Below are positions 41,153 through 53,728 of a DNA stretch of 64,000 bases, one piece after another (the stretch's first letter is position 1; each line of letters opens with the position of its first letter). A program made the position numbers and the translations under genes. Under the pieces are notes generated by a model that was not told where the DNA came from, made no database searches, and saw nothing but the letters and a program-made list of their open reading frames with translations. Source of the stretch: Octopus vulgaris (taxonomy: Eukaryota); contig OX597816.1 of assembly GCA_951406725.2 (NCBI GenBank), positions 110,174,001-110,238,000 of the forward strand, written 5' to 3'.

Positions 41153-41759
41153 AACATGCCATCAAGAGGTCACGCAAGGCTATATTCATAGAAAGCTTCA
41201 AATTGAGAGTAACATTGATAACAGGAGAAGTGTATTGTTGTCTAATAAGCAATATATCGGCAATCACATTCAAAAGCAAGGTTTCACAACACAAGGCTGA
41301 AAAGGCACAAAATAGGGACAAGGATAGGATAAATTACTTAGATGGGACAAGCAGTGCATTCTTTGTGAATTCTCATTGACTATGTAACTGGCTCGAAAAT
41401 GTCCTCTGAGTATTACCTAGCCGTGTATATGAGTAGAATATTATATAACGAAAGTCAAAACATTTTGAGGAAACAAAAAGAACCTAAATTAGTATTAAGT
41501 AGAGCTAAGACATATATAATTCGAAACAATACAGACAATACTTAAAATAAAATATAGTCATAGCAGATCGGACATAATTTTCTAGAATATAAAACTGAAA
41601 CTTTGCCTAGTATTGAAAATCAGTTGCACTGGTTATGCTAGTATAAATTTGATGTTTAGGGAAAAAGAGAACGTATATACAGAACAGATGAGGAATCAGC
41701 TAGTAATTCACTCGTTTTATAAATCTGGATTTCTAATTATTAGAAAATGTGCGTAATTC

Positions 41760-41985
41760 ATGAATTGTTTACATTATTTATATTTGACAGATATTTGTCC
41801 CCATCATTGTTGTTAGTACAACGTTTCGGCTGATATACCCCTCAGATTTCATTAGGTGGCTTGGGGAACCTGGGTTCTCATTTGTAAGGTATTTGTCGTT
41901 GTTATTATTATTATTATTCAGGTCACTACTTGGAATCGAACTCGGAATCTTGGGGTTAAGAGCCCAGGCCCCTGACTGCTTATGG
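41760..41985 (-). mobile_element. Short element with a tRNA-like head followed by a decayed hammerhead motif
   Basis: Minus strand: anticodon-like arm ggg-CTCTTAA-ccc, B-box GTTCGATTCC, an (AAT)n linker, then cac-CTAATGA-aatctgaggggtatatcagcc-GAAA-cg-TT-gta at 41817-41858. Confidence 0.6.
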
Positions 41986-42009
41986 ATGAAATTGTATGAG
42001 CCATGCATC

Positions 42010-42490
42010 TGTTTTTCACTCACCTGGCAAAACAGGTTCTTCAAGAAGCACATGACGATCTGTTTCGACTTCATCGGCGTCATCTAAATTTACTGCGTTC
42101 CCTGTGGGAAGACGGTCAACAAAATGTACTTGTTGGAGGTTGTGAATGAGTTCAGGAAACTATCCCATTGCAAAAGCCACGGCTTTTCTATTCAGGTCCG
42201 TGGTATCTAGTATCTTCAGCGGGACAATGCACTAGTCCAGAATTCCCTCCTGGTAACCGGCTACGTGACAGAGATGGGTATCACAGCTGTCTCTCGTCCT
42301 TCCTAGCATCCAGACCTTGCCCGCTGTGACTTTTGGTTGTTAAACTTCACAGAAATGAAGGAAGTGGTAACGAGTATCCTGGATACCTTTACTTTGGTGG
42401 ACTTCTATGGGGCCTTCACAGGGTGGCTTGAGCACTGCAACAGGTTAATTGAATTCAGAGAATACTACTTTGACGGAAATTAGTATTTTC
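42010..42490 (+). mobile_element. Decayed mariner transposase remnant (catalytic domain)
   Basis: GKTVNKMYLLEV...YLQRDNA...VTGYVTEMGITAVSRPS*HPDLARCDFWL, matching the DD34D region. Confidence 0.8.
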
Positions 42491-44159
42491 TACTTCTTTG
42501 AAATTAATATTAATATATGTCTGTCCTGGAAAGGTTTACTAGTAAGGTATCACCTGCAGTAATGTTAATGCTTTTCATAGATGTATTTCTGAATTTTGTT
42601 GTATTTCTTTAAAATATGTAATATGAAATGAAGAAAGGAAAACACTACATGGCAGTAACCAGTACTTTTCAGTTCCAGTATATGCCTATGTTACATTTAG
42701 TTAATATTTTTATTGTATAAATAGTAAGTACTTTCATTTCAATTTACTTGCATACCTTTAATCTTTTGGTGATTTTCTGTTTTACCAAGGATTTTCCGTA
42801 GTTGACATGGAAATATGGTAATTCAATTAACGATGCATTCCTCTGTACCACCCTAATAACTGAGAAATCATTATTTATATTTAACATATCGTTATTAGAT
42901 TTTACTTCTACTCTAATGATATTCCGATGAGCTTGGTTGACTTTTGTCATTATTTACTGAAAATATTTCTTAGGCTTTGTGTTTCTTTTGACACATACAC
43001 ATTATTGCTTTTCATAGAATTTCCTCATTGTTGACCAAGTTTGTTCCATTATCATCGACTTCCATTATTTTGTATTTACATGCATAGACAGGAAAATACA
43101 TTTATGTTGAGGTTGAACATTTGGATCATTATATTCGTGGACGTATATGCTTGCTTATTTCTTACGTTTGATTTTATATTTGTTATTGTTTGCTCTTAAC
43201 AATACTTATTTTGATGTTAGTTATGTCGCGAATGTTATATTTTACTTTGAGAACTCATGCGCTACACATTTGTTTATTGTTTTGAACTAACCGTTTTACA
43301 TTGGAAAAGCTCAGTGTGCAAAACATAAACATAGATATTTTATATATGTACACATACATACACAAAGGCACATGTACATGCAGTATATTTTGTTCAGATG
43401 CTTTACTGGTCTATGGTAAATTATATGCAATCTTTATATATTCAGTGCATGCATTTTGTGGTATATTTCCATTTACCTGTGATATTTGTTTTCGCATCGT
43501 TATAAATTTGCTTATATTTCTAAGGTCCTCTGTTATTTAGCTTTTTCTCTATATAATGCATTATTTCTCAAGGTCTAATACAAAAGTGTGTTCTTGTTTC
43601 AACTCATCAAGCATTTATATTGTTGAATAGCATGAGTGAGAAAAACACACTGTTATTATATTTGAATCCCTTGTTCTCCTTGTTGTCTTCCTCGGAATTG
43701 CATAAATGGTAGCATAAAAAGTGGGGCTTCTGGAGAGCATTAATATCTCGTGCAGAATATTACACCTGATTCTTGTAGAGTAACAGCTTCGTACTGCGAT
43801 TCTGTTTCTATTCGTACGCCTCATAACTGACGTGTTAGTTTTATTTTCTATCGTTCAATTTGATTTAATTACATCTTATACGTTCGTTTCGATGATACAT
43901 TATAATTTGATTATATAAAGAATGTATTTTGTGCATGGCCACTACGCAGGAGGCATGAAATAAGTAATCTTCGTAGTTGCAATTATTGTTGTTCGAATTG
44001 TAAAACTATCTGCGGTTATATTTTACGTTTCTTTTGCATTCAACAATGCTATTGATTTTTTTTATTTACATCAAAGGGTACTCCTAAAACCTATGGTGAA
44101 ATTCACGTGAGCGTTATATTACCTAATAAAGTGCAGAAATGATTTAAAATAGCATAGTA

Positions 44160-44800
44160 ATAATTTCCAACGTAGGCACACACTCAAAAATTAGAGAACA
44201 ATCGATTATACCTACTTTCGTAGTAAATCTGTATCTTATTCACTTCGGGAAAGTGAATAATTAAATAGTGCCATGCGTGAATTGAACTTGTAGGTAAAAT
44301 GTCATAGTAAATATCGCAAAAATGTTTCACCGGCTCAAACTATTATAATATAAAGCAAACTTTTAATTCTAACTTTGGTGCAAGAAGAGAAATTTGAAAT
44401 GAAGCGTAAGTCACTTATACGGTCTTCACTATGTCACTGGTATTTTTCATCCAAATCAGAAACCTGAAAAGAAAAGATGACCTCAGCAACATGTAAACTC
44501 AGAAGGTGAGGGGCAATTCAGAACGATTGCTACAAAGCATATGTACAACATTATTATGATATAACCAACAAACAACACAAATAGTTCTTTCTGATATAGG
44601 TATAAGGTCAAGAATTGAAGGTAGAAAAGTTAGCCGATATCATCTTAATCATTAACTGCTATTTAAATTTATCGTTGACCATGGAAAAATGAAAGGTATC
44701 GTTGATTGTGGCAGGATCTGAAGTTACAATGTAAACCGACGCAACATATAATTCAGGGTATTTATTCCGACGCTCTAAAGATTCTGCGAACAGATCGCAA
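44160..44800 (-). mobile_element. Three tandem, heavily decayed SINE copies
   Basis: Recurrent tail (taggcaca / tggtgcaag / taggtataagg) and core (gacctcagc..aactcagaa) remnants at roughly 200-bp spacing. Confidence 0.5.
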
Positions 44801-44992
44801 GACAATATAAAATATAATTTTTTCTTCCTTTTTATAGTTAGAGGAGATCAATGAGATTAATCCTTGTTTTTACACGACCAGTTACCATTAAAAATCATTT
44901 GCTCTTATGCTTATTCTTCGTGACATTCAGTGTTAAATTCTTTCGTTAAAACCTAGTGATTGCAGCATTTCCGTACGCTGCCACTCGATATT

Positions 44993-46899
44993 ATTAGTTA
45001 GTTAGTTAGTTAGTTAATTTGGCTCAAAAGCAAATAGCAAGGCCATGTAGGGGGACATGGAGTTAAGTACAGGGTGGTGTTCATGAACAAAGCGGTCGTC
45101 GGCATCTTCACCATCTCGTCTGGCAGCTTGTTCCACGGATCCGCAACCCGGACGGAGAAAGCTCCTCTCCTTCGATTGAGATGAAATCGTTGCAGGTAGA
45201 GCTTTTCGGAATGACCCCGCAGCCGACGCTCCGGAGCAGGAGTGAAGAACAGCTCTTTCGAGAGGTTACACTTCCCGCTTATGATGTTGTAGGCGAGAAT
45301 GAGATCACCACGGCGGCGGCGTTTTTCAAGAGAACAAAGGTCGAGCGTCCTCAGCCTTTCTTCGTAGGACAAATTTTTGAGACCATGAACCATGCAGGTA
45401 GCCAGCCTCTGGACTCTTTCGAGGTGCTGTATGTCTTTGAGGAGATAAGGAGAAGAGGCTTGAATCCCATACTCCAATATGGGTCTCACCAGCGTGACAT
45501 AGAGTGGCAGGAATATGGCTGCTGTGAGCATTCCGAATGACCGTCGAATCAAGAACAGAATTCCGCGCGCTTTGTTGGCAGCATGGACGCACTGGGCCGA
45601 AGGCGAAAAGGAGGAATCCACCAAGATACCCAGGTCCTTTACCTGATCGGTCCTCTCCAGCAGCAGACGACCCGGCTCGAAATCAAGTTGAGTTGCAGGA
45701 GTAGAGCCGACAGGCAGATGACAGCACTTTGACACGTTCAGACACAGGTCCCAATCGTTAGACCACTTCCAAATTTGGTGGAGGCATCGACGAAGATCCT
45801 CTATACTACCGCGAGGAGCGACCAGTTTGATATCGTCGGCAAATAGAAGGGTGTGTTGCGTGAGGTCGTCGGGCAAGTCATTTATGAAGACTAAGAACAA
45901 CAAGGGCCCAAGCATTGAACCTTGAGGCACGCCACTGCTCGCACTGGAGACGTCGGACCGCGAACCATTAACTTGAACTTGGAAGGAGCGATCTGAGAGG
46001 AAGGCACCAACCCATCGTACAATATCCGGATGGAAACTATATGCTTGAAGCTTGACAAGTAGTAGGCGGTGGTTTACCGAGTCAAAAGCTTTGGCCAAGT
46101 CCAATAAAACGATGTCAACAGCATCACTATCATCGAGGATGCGCGTCACCAATTCCTCCATTACTAGTAAGTTGGTCAAGCATGATCTCTTCGGCACGAA
46201 GCCGTGTTGGGAATCAGTGATCGAGGCTGTGTTTAGGAGGTGGAGCATCATACTTTTCTTAAGGATGGTTTCGAACATCTTGCTGATTATTGATGTAAGG
46301 GAAACCGGTCGGTAGTTAAGCGGGTCTTCGCGGCTCCCTTTCTTGAAAATTGGGCAGATTATCGCTGTTCTCCAGTCTGCAGGTATAACACCCGTCGCCA
46401 ATGACATATTGAATAGTCGTGTTAAGGGCTCGCAGATGACCGGAGCCAACGCTTTGATAACCCGTGGGTGTATGCCGTCAGGGCCGTGACCCTTGTTGAC
46501 ATCGAGGCCTTGAATAACACGTTTGACTTGGTCCCGCGTGATGATCAATCGAAGCATTGGAGGTACCGATCTATCAAATGGAGGGGGTTCACGACCATCA
46601 TCTTGTTTGAAAATAGTTGAAAAAGCCTCGGCAAATAATTGACTCTGTTGATAAGGGTCCTCAATCGATACGCCTGTTGAGTCTACCAACGTTGCAATCT
46701 GGTTGTTCAAGCGGGAATTCCGCTGGATATGGGCAAAGAAGGTTTTTGGATTGCTACTGGCATTTGCCGCGATTTTGTATTCATAACTGAAGCGTTCTTT
46801 CTTTTCAATTTTATTATTGGATACTAAGCGCTGAACTCTTATTTGTCGGTTCAGAACGTGTTGGGAGGAAGTATTATCTCGCTTGTAAAATAATCGCAA
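44993..46899 (-). mobile_element. 5'-truncated CR1/L2-group non-LTR retrotransposon (LINE), apparently young
   Basis: Open RT frame, 3' (TAAC)n microsatellite tail at about 44993-45016, and visibly higher GC than the flanks. Possible 6-bp TSD GATATT at 44987-44992 and 46900-46905 (weak). Confidence 0.93.
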
Positions 46900-46914
46900 G
46901 ATATTGATGATCAT
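45010..46914 (-). CDS. Reverse transcriptase portion of LINE ORF2; endonuclease missing, and the ATG probably lies in flanking DNA
   Basis: 634-aa ORF with GPDGIHP, NYRPVSLTS, QHGF, DLAKAFDSV, SGVPQGSMLGPLLF, FADD, KDLGI, VRPILEY, LERVQR and YEERL, typical of CR1-clade ORF2. Confidence 0.92.
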   Translation of the reverse strand: MIINILRLFYKRDNTSSQHVLNRQIRVQRLVSNNKIEKKERFSYEYKIAANASSNPKTFFAHIQRNSRLNNQIATLVDSTGVSIEDPYQQSQLFAEAFSTIFKQDDGREPPPFDRSVPPMLRLIITRDQVKRVIQGLDVNKGHGPDGIHPRVIKALAPVICEPLTRLFNMSLATGVIPADWRTAIICPIFKKGSREDPLNYRPVSLTSIISKMFETILKKSMMLHLLNTASITDSQHGFVPKRSCLTNLLVMEELVTRILDDSDAVDIVLLDLAKAFDSVNHRLLLVKLQAYSFHPDIVRWVGAFLSDRSFQVQVNGSRSDVSSASSGVPQGSMLGPLLFLVFINDLPDDLTQHTLLFADDIKLVAPRGSIEDLRRCLHQIWKWSNDWDLCLNVSKCCHLPVGSTPATQLDFEPGRLLLERTDQVKDLGILVDSSFSPSAQCVHAANKARGILFLIRRSFGMLTAAIFLPLYVTLVRPILEYGIQASSPYLLKDIQHLERVQRLATCMVHGLKNLSYEERLRTLDLCSLEKRRRRGDLILAYNIISGKCNLSKELFFTPAPERRLRGHSEKLYLQRFHLNRRRGAFSVRVADPWNKLPDEMVKMPTTALFMNTTLYLTPCPPTWPCYLLLSQIN

Positions 46915-47293
46915 ATTGAACGCAGGTATAGTTAACGAAATTATCTATGAAATAAATTTCAGATTAATAGCATTTGCCCCTAACAGAAATGTTCTAGCAA
47001 ATTTTCGAGAATGATTTTTGGGTGTATTAGTGTTAGTTTGCAGCAGTAATGACTTATGAGGGGTGCATTATCTGTGTGAGAGATTACACTACAGAAGAAA
47101 CCCTTTTTGCAGATTGGAATAGAAAATTGCATAGACGTTAGGGAAGACAATGCAATCGGAATTATAGCTGCGAAAATATCACATGATCAATATTCCACGT
47201 GCATTGCATTGTTGGGTTTAAATGGACATTCTCGGGACAAAAAGGGAGCATAAGTCGTTTGATAGCCCCATATATTGTGACTTATCAATTACC

Positions 47294-47526
47294 GGCGGTG
47301 AGCTGGCAGAAACGTTAGCACGTCGGGCGAAATGCGTAGCCGTATTTCGTCTGCCGTTACGTTCTGAGTTCAAATTCCGCCGAGGTCGACTTTGCCTTTC
47401 GTCCTTTCGGGGTCGATAAATTAAGTACCAGTTACTCACTGGGGTCGATGTAATCGACTTAATCACTTTGTTTGTCCTTGTTTGTCCCCTCTGTGTTTAG
47501 CCCCTTGTGGGTAGTAAAGAAATAAG
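47294..47526 (+). mobile_element. tRNA-derived SINE, well-preserved copy
   Basis: GGCGGTGAGCTGGCAGAAACG head, B-box GAGTTCAAATTC, core gccgaggtcgactttgcctttc...gataaattaagtaccagtt. Near-TSD tgtgactta(t/g)caa at 47276-47288 and 47527-47539. Confidence 0.9.
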
Positions 47527-47999
47527 TGTGACTTAGCAACAAAATTCCAAACTTGTATGTTCCTGAGCAAAATACCTTTGCGCTATCTTTTTGCTCGTCA
47601 GTCCTTCTTTAGATTGTTTCCGGGACTAGTGACTCTGGAACACATAATTTTAAGGCCTTCGAGAATGTTGAACATGCTATGTGGAAGGTTGCTATAACAT
47701 ACCAAATAGGAAGGATCGCTTAAACATTACGGGAAAGGTAGTCAATGATTTTCGATAATTTTCCTATTTGTTTTTCGTTGTAAATAACAGAATTGTTCGC
47801 TACCGTCTTGACATTCAACAGCCAGAACTAGCTGCATAATAGGAATCACCATAAGTCTAACCTCAATGTATACCTTCCTTTAACAATAAAATGACATAGA
47901 TTAGGATATAATTTCTTTTTCGTTATTTAAAGATAGTAATATGCGCTGAATAAACGCACTTTTGGGGATTGCTTTTTTCGGAATTATACGCTTGAAGGG

Positions 48000-48900
48000 T
48001 TGCAATGGTAGTTTTAGTGATATTTACAATATTCAGTGATTCTTTAATAATATACCTATGTTCATATTCTGTGTTTAGTATTTGAACTTCAATGTCCCTT
48101 ACGTTTCGAAACTTTTCAATTTGGCTTTCGATTGAATCACGAATTAGTACAGAAAGCCTAGTAGTTGTTTTTATGTTTTCTTAAGAATGCCCATTATCCC
48201 TTAGAATCTACATACTGCAGATCATAAAAGTTTCTTTAGCGGCAGTTTTCATTTATCTGCATACATTTTAAAATAAATGTAGGCAATATACCACCTATTT
48301 CTTCTGATACACGCCGATGTTACCAATGTAAGTTATCTAACTTAGATGTTTCATTAATGGATTCATTAACTCCTTCTCTACTTAGCATTCTGCTTCAGAA
48401 TATATTGCTGGTTGTTCTTATTCGGCAATGCAGGGACATTTTCTACTGTTTATTATTCGTTCAATCTCCCGTATCGATTTCAGCTTTTAGCGTAAAGTGT
48501 AATTCCAATGTTTGTTCCAATATAGCACGTTTAGAATTTTGATTCCTATCATATATTATTTTCATCTTTCAATTTTTAATGTCAATAGTATTACTTTGCC
48601 TTACTTCCAATGCACGTTTCGTTCAAAATGTGTTCGAGTTTTTTCGTTATAAGTCGAGTAACTTTCATCTAAATTATTTTAGATAACGTTTGTGAAATCA
48701 ATGGTCCTTATCAAATTTTGAGGTTCATTGTATCACGGCTGGATTATATGGAGGAGTAAGAATATATTCGAAATATTCCAGTTTTTATAAATTTACACGA
48801 CATTCAATTGATCGTCTTTTTTATTGTTTCGGTATGCATATGGTGTGTGCCTGCTTTTACGTTACATAGTCAATTTTTTAAAGCAAGTTGTTTTGTTTTT
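48000..48900 (-). mobile_element. Very old CR1/L2-like RT remnant
   Basis: Minus-strand remnants in the expected order: IRTIDFTNVI (cf. YRPISLTSV), VTSA-VYQ (cf. VTSGVPQ), KMYADK*KL (cf. FADDxKL). Confidence 0.4.
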
Positions 48901-49447
48901 CAGTTAGCATAGCTTTAGATCTAGATATGATTCAATCTATCGGATTGAAGCTTTAGCATATCTTCTGTCATACTAGGGCAGTAAATATTTTCAACTTTTG
49001 TTTCAATTCCATTGATTTTACTGTGAATCTTAATATTATATCATTAGTATCATCCTCATTACTATTGAAATTGCTTTTATAATTAATGTTGAAAAATGGA
49101 ATTACAGTTATAGTTCAATTTCACATCTTTTACCTTTACACACAAATAACATTCCTGTTGAAATAAACGTTTTGGAGTTTCAGAATAATTAGATTAAACA
49201 CAAGACATACTAAGAACAGATTATCCTCATCATCATCGAAAGGATGTGAATGGTTTCTCAAAAATTAATGCGTTGTTTTTAAAAGAATTTCAAATGAAAT
49301 ATAAGTAATGGTTTCGGTAGATTTTACAATAATTGACATATTTCGTACGTAAAGATATTAATTCTAAATCCCTGTATATATTCACCTACTTCTAAACTTG
49401 TAATTAACGATGGTTCCTTATTTCTTCTCACACTTTAGCGTGACGAT

Positions 49448-49529
<82 letters not shown>

Positions 49530-50259
49530 TATGTATGTATATGTGTGTGTATGTATATGTATATATATATATACATATATATATATATAAGTGTGTGTGT
49601 GTGTGTGTGTGTATGTATGAGGGCTAAATAGATAGTGCAAACGAGTAAGTACAATAACTCCATGTTAACATTGCTTGTTGTTGAAGCGGTAACATAGGAA
49701 GCTCTAATTTCGGCTTGATTCATTTTGGAGGAATTGATTAATTGATAACGAGTAACAGGAGCGGTGGTTATTGCTGCGATGTTGAAGGAATAGTATTTCA
49801 CAGTATTTTATTAATAGCTCTCACCAATGTGACAGGTTTTAATTTAAAGTTCGTGATCAACTTTCTTCAATATAATGTAATTATCTCGTGTTAAAGAGAA
49901 ACCTGACCAGGAAATGGTCCAATATCTTCTCGTTCCTAAGTCACTGAAAGGCATTGGTTGATGATGTGCGACAAGTATCAATTACATTTGATGAGTCATG
50001 ATGGCTTTGCTGGATAGCATGTTAGCATTTTGTTTCAGGTGTCATGAGGTCATGTTCTATCAATAGTGTTATGCTCATCACTTTATAAACGTAAACTTAT
50101 TCTATCTTCGGCTTACTTACATAATGTAATTTTGAAAGAAAGAAATCAGTGGTATAGCTCAGTGGCGAAAATTTAATTTAGGGTTGTTTGGAAATGTGTT
50201 GTTAAGTTATAACTTTCTCGGAATCTCAGGCTCTTATTGCTTTCAATGTTAGTGCCACA

Positions 50260-50412
50260 AAGAAGGAGAAGCAGTAGAAGTAGAAGAGGCAGAAGAAGTA
50301 GAAGTGGCAGAAGAAGTAGAAGAAGAAGAAGAAGAAGAAGAAGAAGAAGAAGAAGAAGAAGAAGAAGAAGAAGAAGAAAAAGAAGAAGAAAAATAAGACG
50401 AAAACGAAGAAT
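50260..50412. repeat. (AGA)n microsatellite
   Basis: Read directly; explains the poly-Arg ORF. Confidence 0.95.
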
Positions 50413-50661
50413 GATAAAATATACTGTTTTTTTCCCTATTTGCTCTGTCTATGTAGGTAATTTATATTTAATTCCTTGACTCAGTAATGTTATGAACATC
50501 TCTACTTAATCCACCCTGATGTCACTAGTGCGATTCGTTTTAACAAGGTACACGAAAGAATACCCTGTTAGTTATAATTCTACAACAACTTTGCTAGCAC
50601 TGAACCATATCTTCATATGAATTCATTTTATTTACAAATGAATTATGATGTTTACAATAGC

Positions 50662-50876
50662 AATCCTTTCTACTATAGGCACAAGGCCTAAAACTTGGGG
50701 AGAGGGCTTAAGTCGATTACCTCGAACCCAGTACTCAACTGGTTCTTAATTTATTGACCTTGAAAGGATGAAAGACAAAGTCGACCTCGGTGGAATTTGA
50801 AGTCAGAACGTAGCGACGGGCGAAACACCACTGAACATTTCGTCCAGAGTGCTAACGATTCTGCCAGCTTGCCGCT
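50662..50876 (-). mobile_element. tRNA-derived SINE
   Basis: Full-length reverse-complement match to the 47.3 and 39.1 kb copies, with a flanking tttacaata duplication. Confidence 0.85.
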
Positions 50877-52879
50877 TTTTACAATAATAATTAGAACAGG
50901 CACACAATATTTTATATGCTCGTCATATTTTCCGGCTATTTTATCTTTTCAATTGCTACTACTCATCTTTATAACTGTATTCATTGACTTAATGAAAAAT
51001 ACTTTTCTTTGATCCTGAAATATTTGTGCGCTGAATACACGATAAGGGAAACACAAATGACTCCCGATTACGATCTTGCCGGATTCCAATTTCTACACCA
51101 TAATCACTAACATTTACATTCTGATCCGTTTATATATTTATATATTTACATGTCATTTATATCGGCATAGATGTATTAATTGGTTTCACACAGAGAAATG
51201 GGTTGCCGCAAGTACTTAATATGCTCTCAGAGACAGATGGAGGTAAAGATTATCTTAAATCTTTATAATTCAACAGCTGCAGGAAAACAAGTTTATTTCT
51301 TATCTCCGTAAAATTTTTCTTCGTGAGGGAAACAGTGGATACATTCATCATTTCACTTGTCTTGAAACTTATTTACTAACTTCAGTATATAAAATATGTA
51401 AATATTCATATGCTTGATATCATCACTTCCAACTTAAACACATGTGTAATAATGTACGCTTAATTGAGTTGTATTCTTTTTTATAAATGAGTTATTTTTA
51501 GTGATTGAGGAGAATGAAATTATAGCTTGGCAGATAAGGCGTAACCCAATATGTTTATCATTAGTAAGCATCAATTTAAGTAACATTTATATTGATAAAC
51601 ATTTTCCTCAAACTACTCTGACTGAATCTGTGCGGTTGAAAACTTCCGCAATATAAAGCTTAAAAGATAGAACACTTATTGTAGTCGATGAAGTGCCGGC
51701 TATGCTTAAAGCATAGCCATAAAAAAAGTCCTCAATGTAACACATCTGCTAGGATCATACTGAGAATAGACCTAAATCACTTTAGGATTATATTATTCTA
51801 GCTTACCGTTAAACTGGAAATAATGTTGCGTGTGAAAGATATATTTAGCCTATACATTAAGGGGAATAGGACACTTCACTTATTACTGCCTTTGCAATAA
51901 ATTCTTGAGGATACCTCAGAAAGATTACTAGATCTGCTAGAAAGAATAGCCAGATCCTATGTATTACACTACTGTTTTCTTTAAAAAGGGTACATTAAAA
52001 AATGAAATGCAGCGCATGTTGTGTAGATTAATGGTGGATTGCTCACGAAGGGGAACGTCTTGAAAATATCTTCGATCAATCACGGTAGTTCTGATATAAC
52101 GCAATAAAACCGCCTTGCTCAAACTAAATTAACAAATGATATTCGATGGTGTGGCATTTATTTACAACTATTTCTGCAAAATTGATTTCTATCTCATCAA
52201 GTTTTAAGACATTAGAATATTCCATACAAATAATAAAGAAAACATGCCATAACCGTTATAATCGGAATGATAATATGAATCTACTGAAATATTATTGAAA
52301 TACTGAGAATACCAAACGAGATATACAGTAAATAACTTAATTTTGGAGCATCTTGAGACTGATCCGTATATCAGATTTCATGTACCTCAGTAATTAAAAT
52401 GGTTCAGTCATTCTGTTTACCAGTTTTTTGAAAGTTGGCAGGCAACAACTGTCACGTCAACAGCACAAGCAAAACACGTGTTCTAGATTTTGATATAACA
52501 GAATAAAATAGCTATAAAACAAACGAACATCTAAAACAGCCACAAACGTAAAAATTTCAAACAAAAATGAAAATAAAAATAAAACAACATAACAACACTA
52601 ATATGGTATAAAAATTAAGGCTACCAAGCACAAAAACAAAACAACAGTAAAACAACAATTACAACATCAAAAGTGTGCAACGATCAGTAAACAACAAACT
52701 CATTGGCAAAAACCATAAAATGAACAAGGCCAACAGTAATAGCAACATCAATAAATGTATGTAGTACAGAAATCAATAACAAAATATATTTATTTATTAT
52801 AACTGAATAACAGATTGACTTAAATACTTAGGGACCGGCGTATCTACTTGCTGTGCGAAATAAATACACATAGACAGGC

Positions 52880-52910
<31 letters not shown>

Positions 52911-52943
52911 CATAGATATATATACATACATATATATATATAC

Positions 52944-52993
<50 letters not shown>

Positions 52994-53728
52994 ACCCACA
53001 CGCACACAGATACAGATGTATATGTAATCACATATGCATATGTGTATTTGTGTGTGTACATACGCACACCCACACCCACAGACACATATTTCAGTGTATG
53101 TATTTATGTGAACAGTAACTTCAAACAATTCTGATCACACACCTGCCATTTCAACATTACTAATAACTGCGCGAACAAAGTACGGAGACAATTTGTAACA
53201 CCACGAAAATATTCTCAGACAAGGTCTTCACGAGAACGTCACTGTGACTGTAATAAATTTGATAGCTTGGCATGGCTTTAAATCATGAGATTTATTACAA
53301 CTGAAGCACACTTTGAATAAAACGAATATTTGAAAATTCCTATAGGAGAACCGTTTGGGAAATAGTGTATTCGTAAATAGTCGAATGTTATTTGTTTACT
53401 TTCCGACGCCAAATATCTCTAGCTTTCCATACATAAATTCACACTTATACCATGTATATCTATAGGGTTGTGTGTGTGTATGTGCGTGTGCGCGCATGTA
53501 TATATGTATGTTATTCTGTATGTGAATGATTGTATTTGGAAAATAGACTGGCCAGCGTTAATGGAAATTATATTACATTAGCATAATCTTAGTGTATTGT
53601 ATCTATAATTGATAATGTGTAAATGCTCATTTGCAAATGCATGCATGCTTTCATTCACTGGGTTTCAGGTATGAGTACAAATATATTTGATTATATGTAT
53701 GTATGTATATATATATATATATATATAC

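Noticed and set aside
41925-41985. Functional tRNA-Lys gene
   Set aside because: Acceptor and D arms do not pair and there is no poly-T terminator; better explained as a SINE-type head.
42744-43830. Possible minus-strand host exons (ORF 42744..42950 with an AG|GTATG-like donor; ORF 43615..43824)
   Set aside because: The nearest acceptor gives stops in all three phases and the peptides match nothing I recognise. RNA-seq or homology would be needed.
51600-51900. TLIVVDEVPAML resembling a Pif1/Helitron helicase Walker B motif
   Set aside because: A single short motif with no supporting Walker A or other helicase motifs in frame.
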